Shown: positions 1 through 11,924 of the stretch, one piece after another
Layout of the letters: each line of letters opens with the position of its first letter
Numbering within the stretch: the first letter of the stretch is position 1
From: Asterias rubens
Taxonomy: Eukaryota
Direction: 5' to 3'
NCBI RefSeq assembly: GCF_902459465.1
Contig: NC_047065.1
Span: 18,972,001-19,036,000, forward strand
Length of the DNA: 64,000 bases
Program-made: the position numbers and the translations under genes
Notes under the pieces: generated by a model
What the model was told of the DNA's origin: nothing
Databases searched by the model: none
Seen by the model: only the letters and a program-made list of their open reading frames with translations

Positions 1-3000
1 GGTCCCTTTATCCATAAGTTTCTTGAAGGTGAAGAGTTGACCCAAGTACGTGGTTAGAATGGTAATCTGTGTGGGTTCGTATCCTTGATGCAACAAGTAC
101 CTACACATTTCAACAAGAACCTCGGCTTCATACTGGTTGGACTTGGTTTTGTTGTCATCACCTTCATCTTCAAACTGGTTGTGATCAATGAAAAACATGT
201 TATGCGCCACCCCTTTGATGTCATCGAAACCCTTCACTGATTCATCGTCATAAAGATTGTTATAAAAATGTTTCTTCATGAGTTTTGAGATTTCAGGACG
301 CATACGATGCTGGTGGTTCAGTGTTTGACAAGGCACGCCATTGTTGATCATCCTTTCAAACAAGGAGGTATCCATATTGAAGACCTTAGCCAGGCGATAG
401 ACTGTTGGGTTTGGCTTCAGCTGCTGATGATCTCCAATCAGAATGAGATGCTGACATTTTGCAGTCAGGGCGGTGATGATATGAGCTTCAAGAACTTCAG
501 CAGCCTCTTCCACTATCACGATACGGGGATGTAGAAGCTGCAACACAGAACGAAGCCTTGCTGCACCCGTTGTCGTCATCCCAATCACGCTTGCCTCTTT
601 GAGGATCAGTACATCATCTTGATCGTTCACACTCTGCATTTGCTTTGAAAGCTTTTCATACTTCTGGCGATACTCGTCTAGTTTATCCTCGTGTATTTCG
701 GTATACCTCTTGGCCCAAAGCCTATACAGACGCCACCGATCCCAAATCATAAGAGACCAAATACTCCTGACTTGATTCGCCTCTTCATCTGTCATACAAT
801 CTTGCTTTTGAAGTTCTGCTTGTGGTGTAGAGCACTGATTCTTCCCACATCGTTTGTTGCACCTGGAACCATAAGCTACTATCTTCTCAAAGAGGTTATC
901 TTCTTCGGTCTGACTAGGTTGGTTGCGAGACCCCCTGGGGTCAATGCGACGTTCCTGTTGAATTCGGTAACCCTCATCTTCCACGTAGATTCGGTTCTCT
1001 CTCCCTTGAGCTTGTCCCCGCTGAGGTGGCTGTAAGGGAACATCAACAGTTGAATCAACCACATTCAACCACCATAACAGGTTTGTATTTGGATGGAATC
1101 TGTTATCACCCCTGAGCCAAGGCATGATGAGATCTCTGTTGTTCTCTCTACTACAGTAGCCTTCGAGTTCAAAAAAGTGAAGGATATTAGTTTTAGCCAG
1201 ATCTAGTTTCAATAGAGTGGCCTTAACATTTTCTTCTGCTTGATGTAGTTCTCGCTTTAGGAAGCCAACCGGTACACTCTGTTGACGACGTCTGTGTGGT
1301 CTATCTCGTCTTATTTGAGAAAGGTTCTTCGACTTAAGAACTTCGCTGCTACTGCGTCCACCAACACGGATGACGTTTTCCTCCCCGAAGGCAACAATTC
1401 CTTCAAGAAACTGGTCGAGGGCGTGGTTTGTGTAGCATACAACAAGAATTGGTGACTCGGTGTTATCTTCCTCCTCGTCTGATAATGACGACTCACTTTC
1501 ATCTGAATCAGGCGATGAAGACCTTGTCCATGGTTTATTGCCTAGAAGTATCTGGATAATCTTGAGACCAATGTACGTCTTCCCTGTTCCTGGTGGACCT
1601 TGGATGACAGCAAATTCATTCGTTAATGCTGCCTGCAGAGCTACCTTCTGTGATTGGTCAAGATGTAGAGTTTCAGCTGCGGGCCACTTGATTGGCCGTA
1701 AAATCGGAACTCTGGCAGCCTTTAGGCCTATGCGAGAGGCGCGTGCGCTTAAATATCGAGCGGTATGTGAGCTGATCTGAGCGATTTGGTCTGTTAAACC
1801 AAAGAGATCATCAATAGATGACCGGCGACTTGTTGGAACAAGTGAACGAAGATCATAAGTGATCTCTTCATTGCCTTCTAGGTATGCTGGTGGATCAACA
1901 TCCGATGAAACTTCAACAATAAACTTCTTAAAAGGAAAAGTGCTTGGTGTCATCTGTTGTAGTCCCTGCAAGACGTGGCGGCATGCTTCAAAGTATGCTG
2001 ATGTTTCTGCCATGATGAAGGGACCGTTGGGAGCAGTGTTACCAATCTCGCTAAGAAAACGGATCTCCACTATGCCTTTCTGAAGATTATTGATGTCCCG
2101 ATTCTCTATTGTTGCGCCTAAAATAGTCTGGAACTTGTCTTTTGTAAGGCAAATGAAGGAGCCATATATTAATCGCTTACTAGATTCCCATCGAACGCGC
2201 TGCAGCCCATTCACATCGAACTGCAGCCTGTAAACAAAGCCGCTGTTGGTCAACTTTCCCTTGTCTATGATCCTCGCATTCCTGTAAATCCGAATATCCT
2301 GCAGACGGTTCTTGGTGTTCGATAGATATTCCGCGACCCCCTCCCGTAGAGGTGCTACAAAATCCTCTCTCAGCAACCTGAACTGCACATCAAGATAATG
2401 CTCCACGCTGTCATACCTCCCCTTTATAATATTCTTTCGCAGAAATGGCCTCGTAGGCTTTCGAATCTCTGGGCCGTCAGGAAAGATCGGAATGTCTCTA
2501 AAGTTATCCGGTGGTTGTCTTTCCCTGGCTTTCTCTCTTGCCGACTGCTGAGCCTTCTCCAAGTGGGTGAAAATGCCGCTTAGATGCTGTACCTGCTTCA
2601 TTAGTACACACTGCGGATCAAAGTCCTCATCGTCTAATGCCAGAGTCGTCACTATTTTATCTAGCAGAATCAAAACCACACCCACTTCCCCACAACTACT
2701 CGGTTTATGCTGTAAGAACACTGAAACCAACTTGAGAATCAGTTCGATTTCAGATGCGAGAGTGTCGGTAGTGGAGCTACCACAATCTGTAGTCTGAGAT
2801 TGTTTTGTGGTCAAACCAACTAGATACCTGGACATGTGCTTACTAAGGAAACTAGAGGAATCTACTATACTGAGTGCAACATTTAGATCTTCCCTAACTG
2901 CTATAACTGAATCTAAATTGCATATACGCGACAGAACTTGCAGCGTTAACGTAAATGCATCATCAGTAAATTGATTTTGCTCCAATAATGCTATGAACTC

Positions 3001-3208
3001 ATCCTTCCTACTCACAAACGTCTTGAGAATATCTGATGGATCCTCTTCAAGAAGGTTCTGAAGTGTCTCCTGCGGGACTGGTGGTGATGTTGTCTTCCGT
3101 TTTGCCTGAGGTTTGGATGGAGAAGTTAACGAATCATGACCACCTTCTCTCCCTTGCCGCCGGGTGTCATTCGTAACGCCATTGCCCGGGACGAAGGTTG
3201 AAGCATTA
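1..3208 (-). CDS. ZNFX1: ZNFX1-like gene A, large coding exon (partial; continues beyond the left edge): N-terminal helical domain and SF1 helicase
   Basis: Manual translation. Acceptor tttaacAG ends at 3209; the frame has codon starts at multiples of 3 and is open to base 1. It contains NFRDIPIFP, YLDVQFRLLREDF, Walker A QGPPGTGKT (about 1580-1605), VVCYTNHALDQFLEG, VEEAAEVLEAH, LIGDHQQL, QHRMRPEIS and QITILTTYLGQ. It is missing from the ORF track because no stop falls inside the window. Confidence 0.93.
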
Positions 3209-3428
3209 CTGTTAAAGAAAAAATAAATAATGACGTTAACATCTTGTCTATGGCGACATGCAAAGTGAGGGTCTCAAAAATTGTACTTTTGCATAATCTT
3301 TTTGTTCGCATCAGAACCTCGTAACAAATGTTCCCCTGCCTGTAATAAAACTTTTTTGCAAGGCAGAACGAGAGTGAGAAGGACAGAAGGTCGAGCAGAA
3401 GACGGAATTGCAAGAATAATAACATTAG

Positions 3429-3535
3429 TAGGGTTTGAAACTTTGCTTGGTGGAAGTACGATATAGAAAGGTTTGCGGTAACACCATGTAATGACTATCT
3501 CTAATGAGTTGGGGTGGTTCTGAAAAGAACCGTTT
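3429..3535. repeat. Partial copy of the palindromic MITE family also found at 15290-15485
   Basis: Shares gtttgaaactttgc...aaaggtttgcggtaacaccatgtaatgactatctct...ggttctgaaaagaaccgtt with 15258-15360. Confidence 0.75.
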
Positions 3536-3686
3536 GTTTCAACTCCTAAGATAACATGTAATAGGATTGTAAATTTGTCAAAATCGGTTGATGAGGGAAC
3601 ATGAAAGGTAGAAAGAGTTGGTTTGAAAGTCATCGGCAGTGCTACAACGACCCCGTTATGGGTCGACCGGTAGGGACAAAACTTAC

Positions 3687-4393
3687 CTTTCTTTGGTCTT
3701 CCCGAGGTACCGATTTGTTGGCTGCGTGAATCTGAACCCGCGTTCTCTGCCGGAATCGCTTCCATCGCTCGCCCTGTGGGTGCCGGAGAACTGCCCCTCA
3801 CCCTGCCGGGGTCTACCGTTAAAAGGTGCACCCCTTCTTCCGTATCCACCTCGCTGTTGTTCAGATGACTTATCACCATGTTCGTCATTGCACCTCGTTC
3901 TGTTACGGTCAGCATCACAGTGACGAACGGCACTGATGGGTCTCCCGCGACTTGTAAATGGTTGATGACCTATTCCTCTTCCACGGTCATTTCCAGAGTG
4001 ACCCCTTTCTCTTCCTCGGTCACCTCCAGAGTAACCCCTTCCTCGGTCACCTCCAGAGTAACCCCTTCCTCTTCCACGGTCAGCTTCAGAGTAAACCCTC
4101 CCTCTTCCACGTTCAGCTCCAGAGTAACCCCTTCCTCTTCCACGGTCAGCTTCAGAGTAAACCCTCCCTCTTCCACGTTCAGCTCCAGAGTAACCCCTTC
4201 CTCTTCCACGTTCAGCCCCTCCAAATGTGACGTTGGGACCACGATGATGGAATCCTCTATAACCTCTCGATGGATCAGTGCCTCTTGTTTTTGGCCGAGC
4301 TCCACCGACTATACCCCCTCTATCATCAAGCTGGCCATAGGCATGATTATTGGGGTCGTATCCGTAGAAGCCATCCTCCAATGGGCTGGCCAT
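3687..4393 (-). CDS. ZNFX1: ZNFX1-like gene A, first coding exon (RG/RGY-rich disordered N-terminus)
   Basis: ATG at 4393, 2 nt after acceptor ttccAG (4396-4397). Donor AG|GTAAGT at 3686. Length 707 nt (phase 2); AG+T joins in frame to the exon at 3208. Confidence 0.85.
3975..4215 (-). repeat. Coding tandem repeat of about 30 nt (RGRGRGYSGAE / RGRGRVYSEAD)
   Basis: About 8 degenerate units visible in both DNA and protein, including two near-identical 60-nt blocks. Confidence 0.9.
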
Positions 4394-5539
4394 ACCTGGA
4401 AAATAAGTTTATAAATGGAAACAAAATATTACAAACCAAAGCTAGGAAACTCATAACTAAAGAAATATAATTCCCTTTGTATAATTACAAACTTTGTAAT
4501 TAATTTTTAACTGATAAATTGTACAAATGTATGCCCATATTACCAGCTGTCACGTAAAAGGATATACGCATAATGTATAATGCTGAAAGTTAATGAAGTA
4601 ACTGATACCATGATATATTTATTGTAAAGTTACTGTTCGGTAGAGCAGCTATTTTATTTTGATTTTCGAAGGCACTTTTTTCCAGAGCAGCTATTTTTTT
4701 ATTTTGTCTCCAAAACGCGACCATCTTTTGAACATCTTCTGAGACGTTAGTTTCACTGTCTATTACGACATACATATATGATTATAAAAACTGTACGATT
4801 AAACAGCCTAAAGGTATACTTTATATGCATTCAAAGCAAATTTGTACTTAAGTGGTCCCACAAATATTCAAATACGCCCTCAGGAGACGCGCACGGTCTA
4901 CGTGCATTGAACCTACTTAACAAAATTTCCAAAAGAACTTGTAAACATGCCAGTAATTAGAAGAAGAAAAAAAACTAAACTTAACCAAGTTTAAATTCTC
5001 AAACATGCGATTGATTTGTTAAGTTCTAACCGCTTTAGCTTTTAGCTCAACTGTTTATTATAATTGAATGGCCATTAGGTGGAGAAAAAGTAAAATCACA
5101 CCTATATGAAAACAATAAAGGTGATGCCTGGAAATTTGTCAATTTTGTTTTCTTCAGCTGACACAATTGTCATTTTTACTAAGAACTCGGGTCAGACTGA
5201 TTCTGGAATTGGTCAGACCCCAAGGCCCCAAGGGACCCTGAACGGGGTCAAATAGAACCCGATCATTTTTAAAGATATTGCAATTACACACATTTGCCTC
5301 GAAATTGCATGGTTTTCCTTTTACTTTGAGCACTAACACGGTCGGCCATTTATGTGAGTCAAATAAATGGCCGACCGTGTTTTTCGACGAGATAAAAGGA
5401 AATCCACGCAATTTCGAGTGATACTTGTGTGGATCATTATATTCTATTTTTAAAACATCTTTCTAATCATATGCATTAAACGGTTAAACACGCTTTTCAA
5501 AGACCAACTCAACCGATCCAAGGCAACGTGTTCCTTTAA

Positions 5540-8055
5540 AGGCAGTGGACACTTTTGGTAATTACTCAAAATAATTATTAGGTGTTCGTGCTGATGCACG
5601 AACACCTATTGTTATTGCTCTGTTTTTTTTTCTTCTCCATCTTCCTTCTTCTTCCCGTCAACTCTTATCTACAGCATAACTCAAGATTCAAGCCAAACTG
5701 AACCTTGAAACTCACCAGACAATTGAACCTCAATACGAAGACGGCACAGTTTTCATTACGTCATGATGACGTCATTAGGTGTCAAATTACAGGGTTTTAA
5801 AGTTGAAAAGGGACCATTTTCGTTTTGCTGTATCTCAACGAATATGAAAGCTATGATGTTCAAAGTTTTCGCATCTGATAGGCCAAGACTGGGGCAACAT
5901 TTGAAAAGTTAACGCCAAAATCGTACGACCTTAGCATCCGGGTCGTTACCCTGGGTCGAAGTTCCCCTTCGGTTTTTTTTCGTCAAAAAACAACTTTCGA
6001 GCTTTTCTACGGAATAACTCAAGATTGAGATTGAATGGAATGTTGAAACTCAACAGATAGTTGAACCTCAGTATCAAGACAACACATACTTAATTACGTC
6101 ATTATGACGTCATCGGGAATTGAATTACGTTAGATCAAAGTTTAATATTTGTAAAAATCATAACTCAAAAACTATGATTCGGATTTTGACAATCTACACA
6201 TCATCGGATAGATCATTAAAAGTTCGACAAATGCTTCACAGAACACGTAAAATATTTTTAATACTTCTAGTGCAAAACAAAATTTGAAAATTTCATAAAA
6301 TCTTATCGTATTCATGTTTTTAAAACTACTGATCATTTCCACGTAATTTTTGTTTCAGATTGTAAAACAGCAATCCCGCTCAATCTTTTGCACAGAAATA
6401 ACAATTTGGACCTTTACATCAGTCGAAAAGGGACGTCAAAGCACCTGTTGACCCACGCGTTTACCCCATTTTGATCAACAACGCACGCTATGTACGCTAT
6501 GCAGTGCAAGCGCGGGAATTCCCAAAAGTGCTCTCTTTAGTCCAGCGAAAGAGGGCGCTGTAACGTTTTTAGTAACATCGAGCGCTGAGTGAATCGTGGT
6601 GAATCGCAATAGTTGAGTAATAATGAACAACGTCTCGCACCAAAACTACAAGTAGGAATACATATGCATTGATGTCATAAGATACATTATACACCTTCAG
6701 ATAGTCCATCACATAATAATAAAATGTTTACAAGTCATACATCAGCTGAAAGGTTTTAATGAACTAGTCAGGATCTACACAAATGAAATCAGTTTAAACT
6801 TGGCTTCTTGTTCAAACCAGAGGTTGAAAATAATTGGTCAAAGAAAAATAATTTCACAACCACACATTTGATTTTTTATATATTTATACGTCATTGGGTA
6901 GGAATGTAACAACTTAAGAAACGATACACAACATTGACTATTAAACCTTGACCTCCAGTTAAACAGGAAGATGCAGTTAATTATTTGAAAAAATATTACC
7001 CCAGAACCAGAAATTAGTTGTTTATTATCTGAACGTCGTCAGATAAGGCTTTGAAAAACATTACTAACGCTATAATTTGTGACCTGACAAAAATAATTGT
7101 CTTCCGGTTCAAACCGGATGTTTAATATTTGAAAAAAATCATAACATCTGATCCATACATTGGATTTTTTCAATCTATGCATCATCTGAAAGGTCTTAAT
7201 ATACTTATCACGTGCTATACAATATGCGACCCTGTTTGACCTTGACTTCCAGTTAAAGTTGGAAACTGATATATAATGTTTGAAAAATAAAAAATCCTAA
7301 ACCACATGATTTGATTTTTATCATCTATACGTCAAAAGAACGAACTCAAAAGACATCACCAACGCTACCAAGTGTGACCTCATTTGACAGTACCTTCCGG
7401 TTCAAAACGGAAGTTGAAACTTTATATTTGAAAAAATCATAACTTCTAAACCAAATATTGGATTTGTATAACCAATCCATCATTTAAAAGGTCTTAATAA
7501 ACTTATCACGCGCTACATAAAAAGTAACCCCTATTTGACCTTTTATCCGATGCAAACCGGAAGTTGGTGTTTAATTTGTAAACCAATCATAACTCCTTAA
7601 CCAGTCATTGGATTGATGAGGTAAATGTTGTCACCAATTCATTCACTCACTCACCACGAACACCTTGTTTTTGTAGTAAACAAAAACTGTACATGTACCT
7701 CTAGTTATCATTAAACCTATCTTGACTACGAGTAATGGGGAGAGGTTGATAGTATAAAACATTGTGAGAAACAGCTCCCTCAGAAGTGACGTGTTTTCGA
7801 AAAGGAATTAATTTTCCTCGATTTTAATTTCGAAACCTCAGATTTAGAATTTGATGTCTCGAAATTAAGCATTTGGAAAGCACACAACTTCGTGTGACCA
7901 TGGTACAAGGGTGTTTTTTTTTCTTTCATTAATATCTCGCAACTTCAACGACCGATTCAGCTCAAATTTTCACAGGTTTGTTATGTTATGCATATACATT
8001 GAGATACACCAAGTGTGAAGACTCGTCTTTGACAAACCAATAGTGTCCAGTGTCT
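5540..8055. mobile_element. TTAA-flanked Kolobok-like MITE (family K1) split by a nested element of about 2.1 kb
   Basis: TTAA|AGGCAGTGGACAC at 5536-5552 and GTGTCCAGTGTCT|TTAA ending 8059. The K1 body resumes near 7708. It shares its left TTAA with a family-K2 right end (ccgatccaaggcaacgtgttcct). Confidence 0.75.
5579..7705 (+). mobile_element. Helentron-associated non-autonomous element (HINE/DINE-1-like)
   Basis: 5' hairpin ggtgttcgtgc-tgat-gcacgaacacc (5581-5606) followed by a CTT-rich tract. The 3' subterminal repeat cacgaacacc (7655-7664) is followed by an 8-bp stem-loop gtttttgt-agtaa-acaaaaac (7667-7687). No ORF. Confidence 0.65.
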
Positions 8056-8075
8056 TTAACCGGTTGATTGTTTAA

Positions 8076-8294
8076 AGCCATTGGACACTTTCGGTAAACA
8101 GTATTTTCCAAAGGCCCACAGTTCGTGTATCACAATTTATATATAAAATAACAAACCTGTAAAAAAATTGAGGCTCAATCGGTCATCGGAGTCGGGAGAA
8201 AATAACGGGAAAACCCACCCTCGTTTCCGCACGCTTCGCCGTGTCATGACAGTGTTTACGTAATTTTTTTCTGTTCCGAAAGTGTATAATGGCT
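8076..8294. mobile_element. TTAA-flanked MITE (family K5)
   Basis: TTAA|AGCCATTGGACACTTTCGG ... CCGAAAGTGTATAATGGCT|TTAA, imperfect TIRs. Confidence 0.7.
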
Positions 8295-9931
8295 TTAATC
8301 CAATAATGATAATACAATAAAATCAATACTTGCGAAAGTTTCCTTGCGAAAGTTTCATTTCACAATTTTCAAGAAACTATTAGGTTGGATAAAAATTGCA
8401 TGGGAAATAATATACCTTACAACAACAGTATGCATAGTGCATTATTTTCTGTATACACTCACCGCAGTGTTAAAACCCCCGCATTTGACTCCTGTCCCAT
8501 AGTTGAACGATGAATACCAGAAAGAACAGTGACAGGCGATAAGAATTTCCTCACCGTGCACATGCAGAGCTATATATAAATAATGCAGATTGCCTGGCTG
8601 ATTTTTTGTTTGGTGTGGTACAGTTTACAAAGTTGACAATACTTCGAGATATATGACGTAAATTAGCCTCATGTCTAACTTTGACAAAAAAATCCTGTTT
8701 AGTATCATCATACACTCTAGTTAATTTTCTTCAAAAAACCATGGCTGACTTACCAATTACACACTGCAATCAGGACTTGTATACAAACACGTCTCACACC
8801 CGTTGCCCGTTATTATTTCTGTCAACTCTGACCAGACCACTGGAAACCCCAGCTTGTCTATCAATAGCATGAGCGATGTCTGTCTGGGTGTTTGTCACCC
8901 ATGCCAGTACACATTACGCGATAGCAAAGAGCGAATTTAACATAAAATAGTCCTACTGAGATTGTATGTCACCCGTCAGATATCACTACACACATCAGCT
9001 CTTCCAGGAAGGTGCGGTTCGGTTCAAAGGGCAGACGGTGGAAGCTACTAATAATTTATGTTAATAATTATGCACAAGCTGGAAGGTACAGGCGGAAACA
9101 CGTCTACATAGACTTGTGGACAAGTCTCATGATCATCAGGTATAGCGCGGAGAATGCAGTTGTGAGTTATAGTGATCGAGGGGCCCGGTTCGCTATTTAC
9201 CGCAAAGGAATGACTTGTCCGATTCACAAGTCTAAATTCTACCCCGAATTCAGATTCTGCAGGAATCCGGTGCCAGCGAGAACTTAACTGGGATCTCTAC
9301 AAGCTATTCCCGTTGTCTTCTTGATGCAGGCAAATCCTTATTATAAAGGGCCTATAACGTGAATTTGTTACAACAGTAAACAAGAACCTGATCGGAGCTA
9401 ATTAATCTCACTGCTCCTTTGACTATAACAGAATCATAAAGATGCAATATATTTTATAACCAGTTTATATTTTAATAGCCTTTGTCACACGAGGCAACTT
9501 ATACACGCAACGATGGAGACACACGAACGTTGAAGACCACTTTGTAGCACGAGAGCCATTTCTTCAAACACGATTCCCAAGAATAATATAATAATTTATG
9601 TGAATTGGTTTCCTGTAAATTGCCACTTGCGACATGAACCTTATGCGCAGCTCATTCCAGACCGCAGCCAAAACATTAGGAATTACAACCAAATCAACTA
9701 TAAGAAACATATTACTCACATACCACAGTGGATTTGATCCACTGCAGAAAACAATCAACATGCAGTGTCTACAGATGACCCCTATCAATACAAATTATTA
9801 CAATGGTACAAAGTAAATACCAATATTGTTGACCCAGGCAGAATTTCTCATAATGGAAATCCCCACAGCACGCAACACACTCATTGCAACAGTCGGAACT
9901 ACTTTGTAATTTCCAGAACGATTGCTCAAGC

Positions 9932-9943
9932 GGGGAATTCCCC
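9932..9943. promoter_or_regulatory. Perfect palindromic NF-kB site GGGGAATTCCCC
   Basis: Exact match to the kB consensus GGGRNWYYCC on both strands, in the divergent A/B intergenic region. Function untested. Confidence 0.45.
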
Positions 9944-10425
9944 TATAAACTGCGACGTCATCGTGTGGGTTAATTACACATCACAGTGCGCAACATAATC
10001 TTGCACAGTACATTTTCAGTCGTTCGTGGGGAGTGTCAATGCTGCTTTGGACGGCGCTTCTGCTGTTGTTCTGTTTAAGCGCTGAATATTTGGGCAGTTT
10101 AGAAGACGTCAACCCATGGTAATGTATGTAGGCCTACTAGTATACCTTGGTGTTCTTGTTGTAAATAATAGTGGTCTTAAACTAGGCCTAGACTACGATA
10201 GAAACAAGTACAGGTTTATACTGTACACAATGGCGGTAAACAGAGTCAAGCTCATGGTTCATGCAGTCTGCCAAGGCCGCCGTCTGCAACATAAATGATT
10301 CGTTAGGGACCGTCTACAAAGTTCCCACATTAAACAAACCTTTCGCCTATGTTTGTTGGCTTGCTGTAACAAGTGGTGTTTATCTGTGACTATAATTTTA
10401 TAAAAGTAGATGCTAGCTTGTTCCT

Positions 10426-10593
10426 TGCAACCCGTTTCTGCTTAGCAGTAAGCTTGTGCTTGGCTAATATTTCGCCTGATGATACCACCAGCAGAGGAAT
10501 ATACCTCCAGCTGGAATATTAGCTAAGCAGCAATGGTTGCTTAGCTGATATTCCTCCTGGTGAAAACCTATTTCTAAGCAGAAACGGGTTGCA
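10426..10593. mobile_element. Short palindromic MITE
   Basis: Perfect 20-bp TIR tgcaacccgtttctgcttag / ctaagcagaaacgggttgca. Confidence 0.75.
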
Positions 10594-10959
10594 GATTGAA
10601 ATTGTTTATGGCATGTCTGGTTTATACTGCAACTTTGCATAGCAGTAGATAGGCCCTATAGGGGTGCACAAAATGGTGGCTGTGTTAGAAATGGTACGGT
10701 CACAGCAGCAGCAGCCGCTAAGCGGAAGCTTCGATATTTTTTGAACGCAAATCAGTTTCAATTCAATTTAAACTAATATTTGTTTCCAATCACATTGAGC
10801 CAAGTATATTCACATAGCAGATATGACGTGTCAGTGTGGTTGAGGTTAGATTGGCGTGTCATGGCGGAGCACTGAGCATTGAGCTCAATCTCTGGTGTTT
10901 CTGATCAGCCAGAGTGTGATGGGTTCAAGTCTCGGTCTTGCCACTGTCTTGTGTCAATG

Positions 10960-11302
10960 ATATTTATCAGCATAAAACCTCACTTGGTAACGAGTAATGG
11001 GGAGAGGTTGATAGTATAAAACATTAATTAGAAACGACTCCCTCTGAAGTGACATAGTTTTCGAGAAAGATTGTAATTTTCCACCAATTTGATTTCGAGA
11101 CCTCAAGTTTAGAATTTGAGGTCTCGAAATCAAGCATCTGAAAGCACACAACTTCGTGTGACAAGGGTGTTTTTTTTTTACTTTCATAGTTATCTCGCAA
11201 CTCCGACGACCAATCGAGCTAAATTTTTCACAGGTTTGTTATTTTATGCATATGTTGAGATACACCAAATGAGAAGACCCCAATAGTGTCAATTATCTTT
11301 AA
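10960..11302. mobile_element. K1 MITE, 5'-truncated copy
   Basis: K1 body (gcataaaacctcacttggtaacgagtaatggggagagg...) ending caatagtgtcaattatctttaa. Confidence 0.7.
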
Positions 11303-11365
11303 GCCGTCTAGGTCTCATATATATTTTCCAATAGTAGTGAACTGTCTTAAAAAAACAACCTACTA

Positions 11366-11664
11366 AGCCCTTTTCGCATTGTATCTGTTATCCCCGTGGA
11401 AAACAGCCCCGAGGGGGCCCGGGATTATTTTTACCTCACGGTTTAACATACCCTGGCGCGCTTTCACACTGTATCCCATTTCCACGGGGTTCCGGCTGCA
11501 CGAATAGCCCGGGGTTTTACCGCTTACCGCTACTCCAGAGCAGGGGCGGCTATTCCCCGGGGTCTGTCCATTAGCCGGGGGCAGACCGGGGGTAAAGCGA
11601 CCATAGTGTGAACAGGCTGACCGTTATTCCATGGGGGGAATATAGTAGTGTGAAAAGGGGCTTT
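11366..11664. mobile_element. GC-rich MITE, possibly PIF/Harbinger type
   Basis: Termini aagcccttttcgca / gtgtgaaaaggggctt with internal inverted segments. Confidence 0.45.
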
Positions 11665-11924
11665 ATTGTGGAAGAGTATGGGTCACGTAACCCCGGTGTT
11701 TCTGGGCATGACAAGCACCCTTGTGGGATGTTCCCCAATGTTGCAGCTATTAAAGGGACACTATTGTCGTAACCATATTGAGTCTGTTGCCAGACGTTAA
11801 GATTTGAACTCTCAGTCAGTTTCATAATGATGGTGCCCTTTAAAACTAGTAAATGGGTAAAGAGTTTATGTTTCCATGTCCCGCATAAAGCAAACTTAAT
11901 CTCAAAACCAAAGTACCTACTTAA

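Noticed and set aside
307-2797. Small ORFs on both strands, and similar ones inside genes B, C and D
   Set aside because: Antisense or off-frame shadows of ZNFX1 exons. They recur between paralogs only because the DNA is homologous.
3878-4414. Alternative-frame ORFs over the gene A repeat (3878-4414+, 3958-4230+, 3970-4305-)
   Set aside because: They are stop-free by-products of the 30-nt repeat. Only the RG frame has matching start and splice signals.
8330-8361. ISRE/IRF site in the tandem ttgcgaaagtttc repeat
   Set aside because: GAAA-T-GAAACT has 1-nt spacing rather than the GAAANNGAAA core. Other exact cores I saw are in coding sequence (34124) or inside a MITE (41102).
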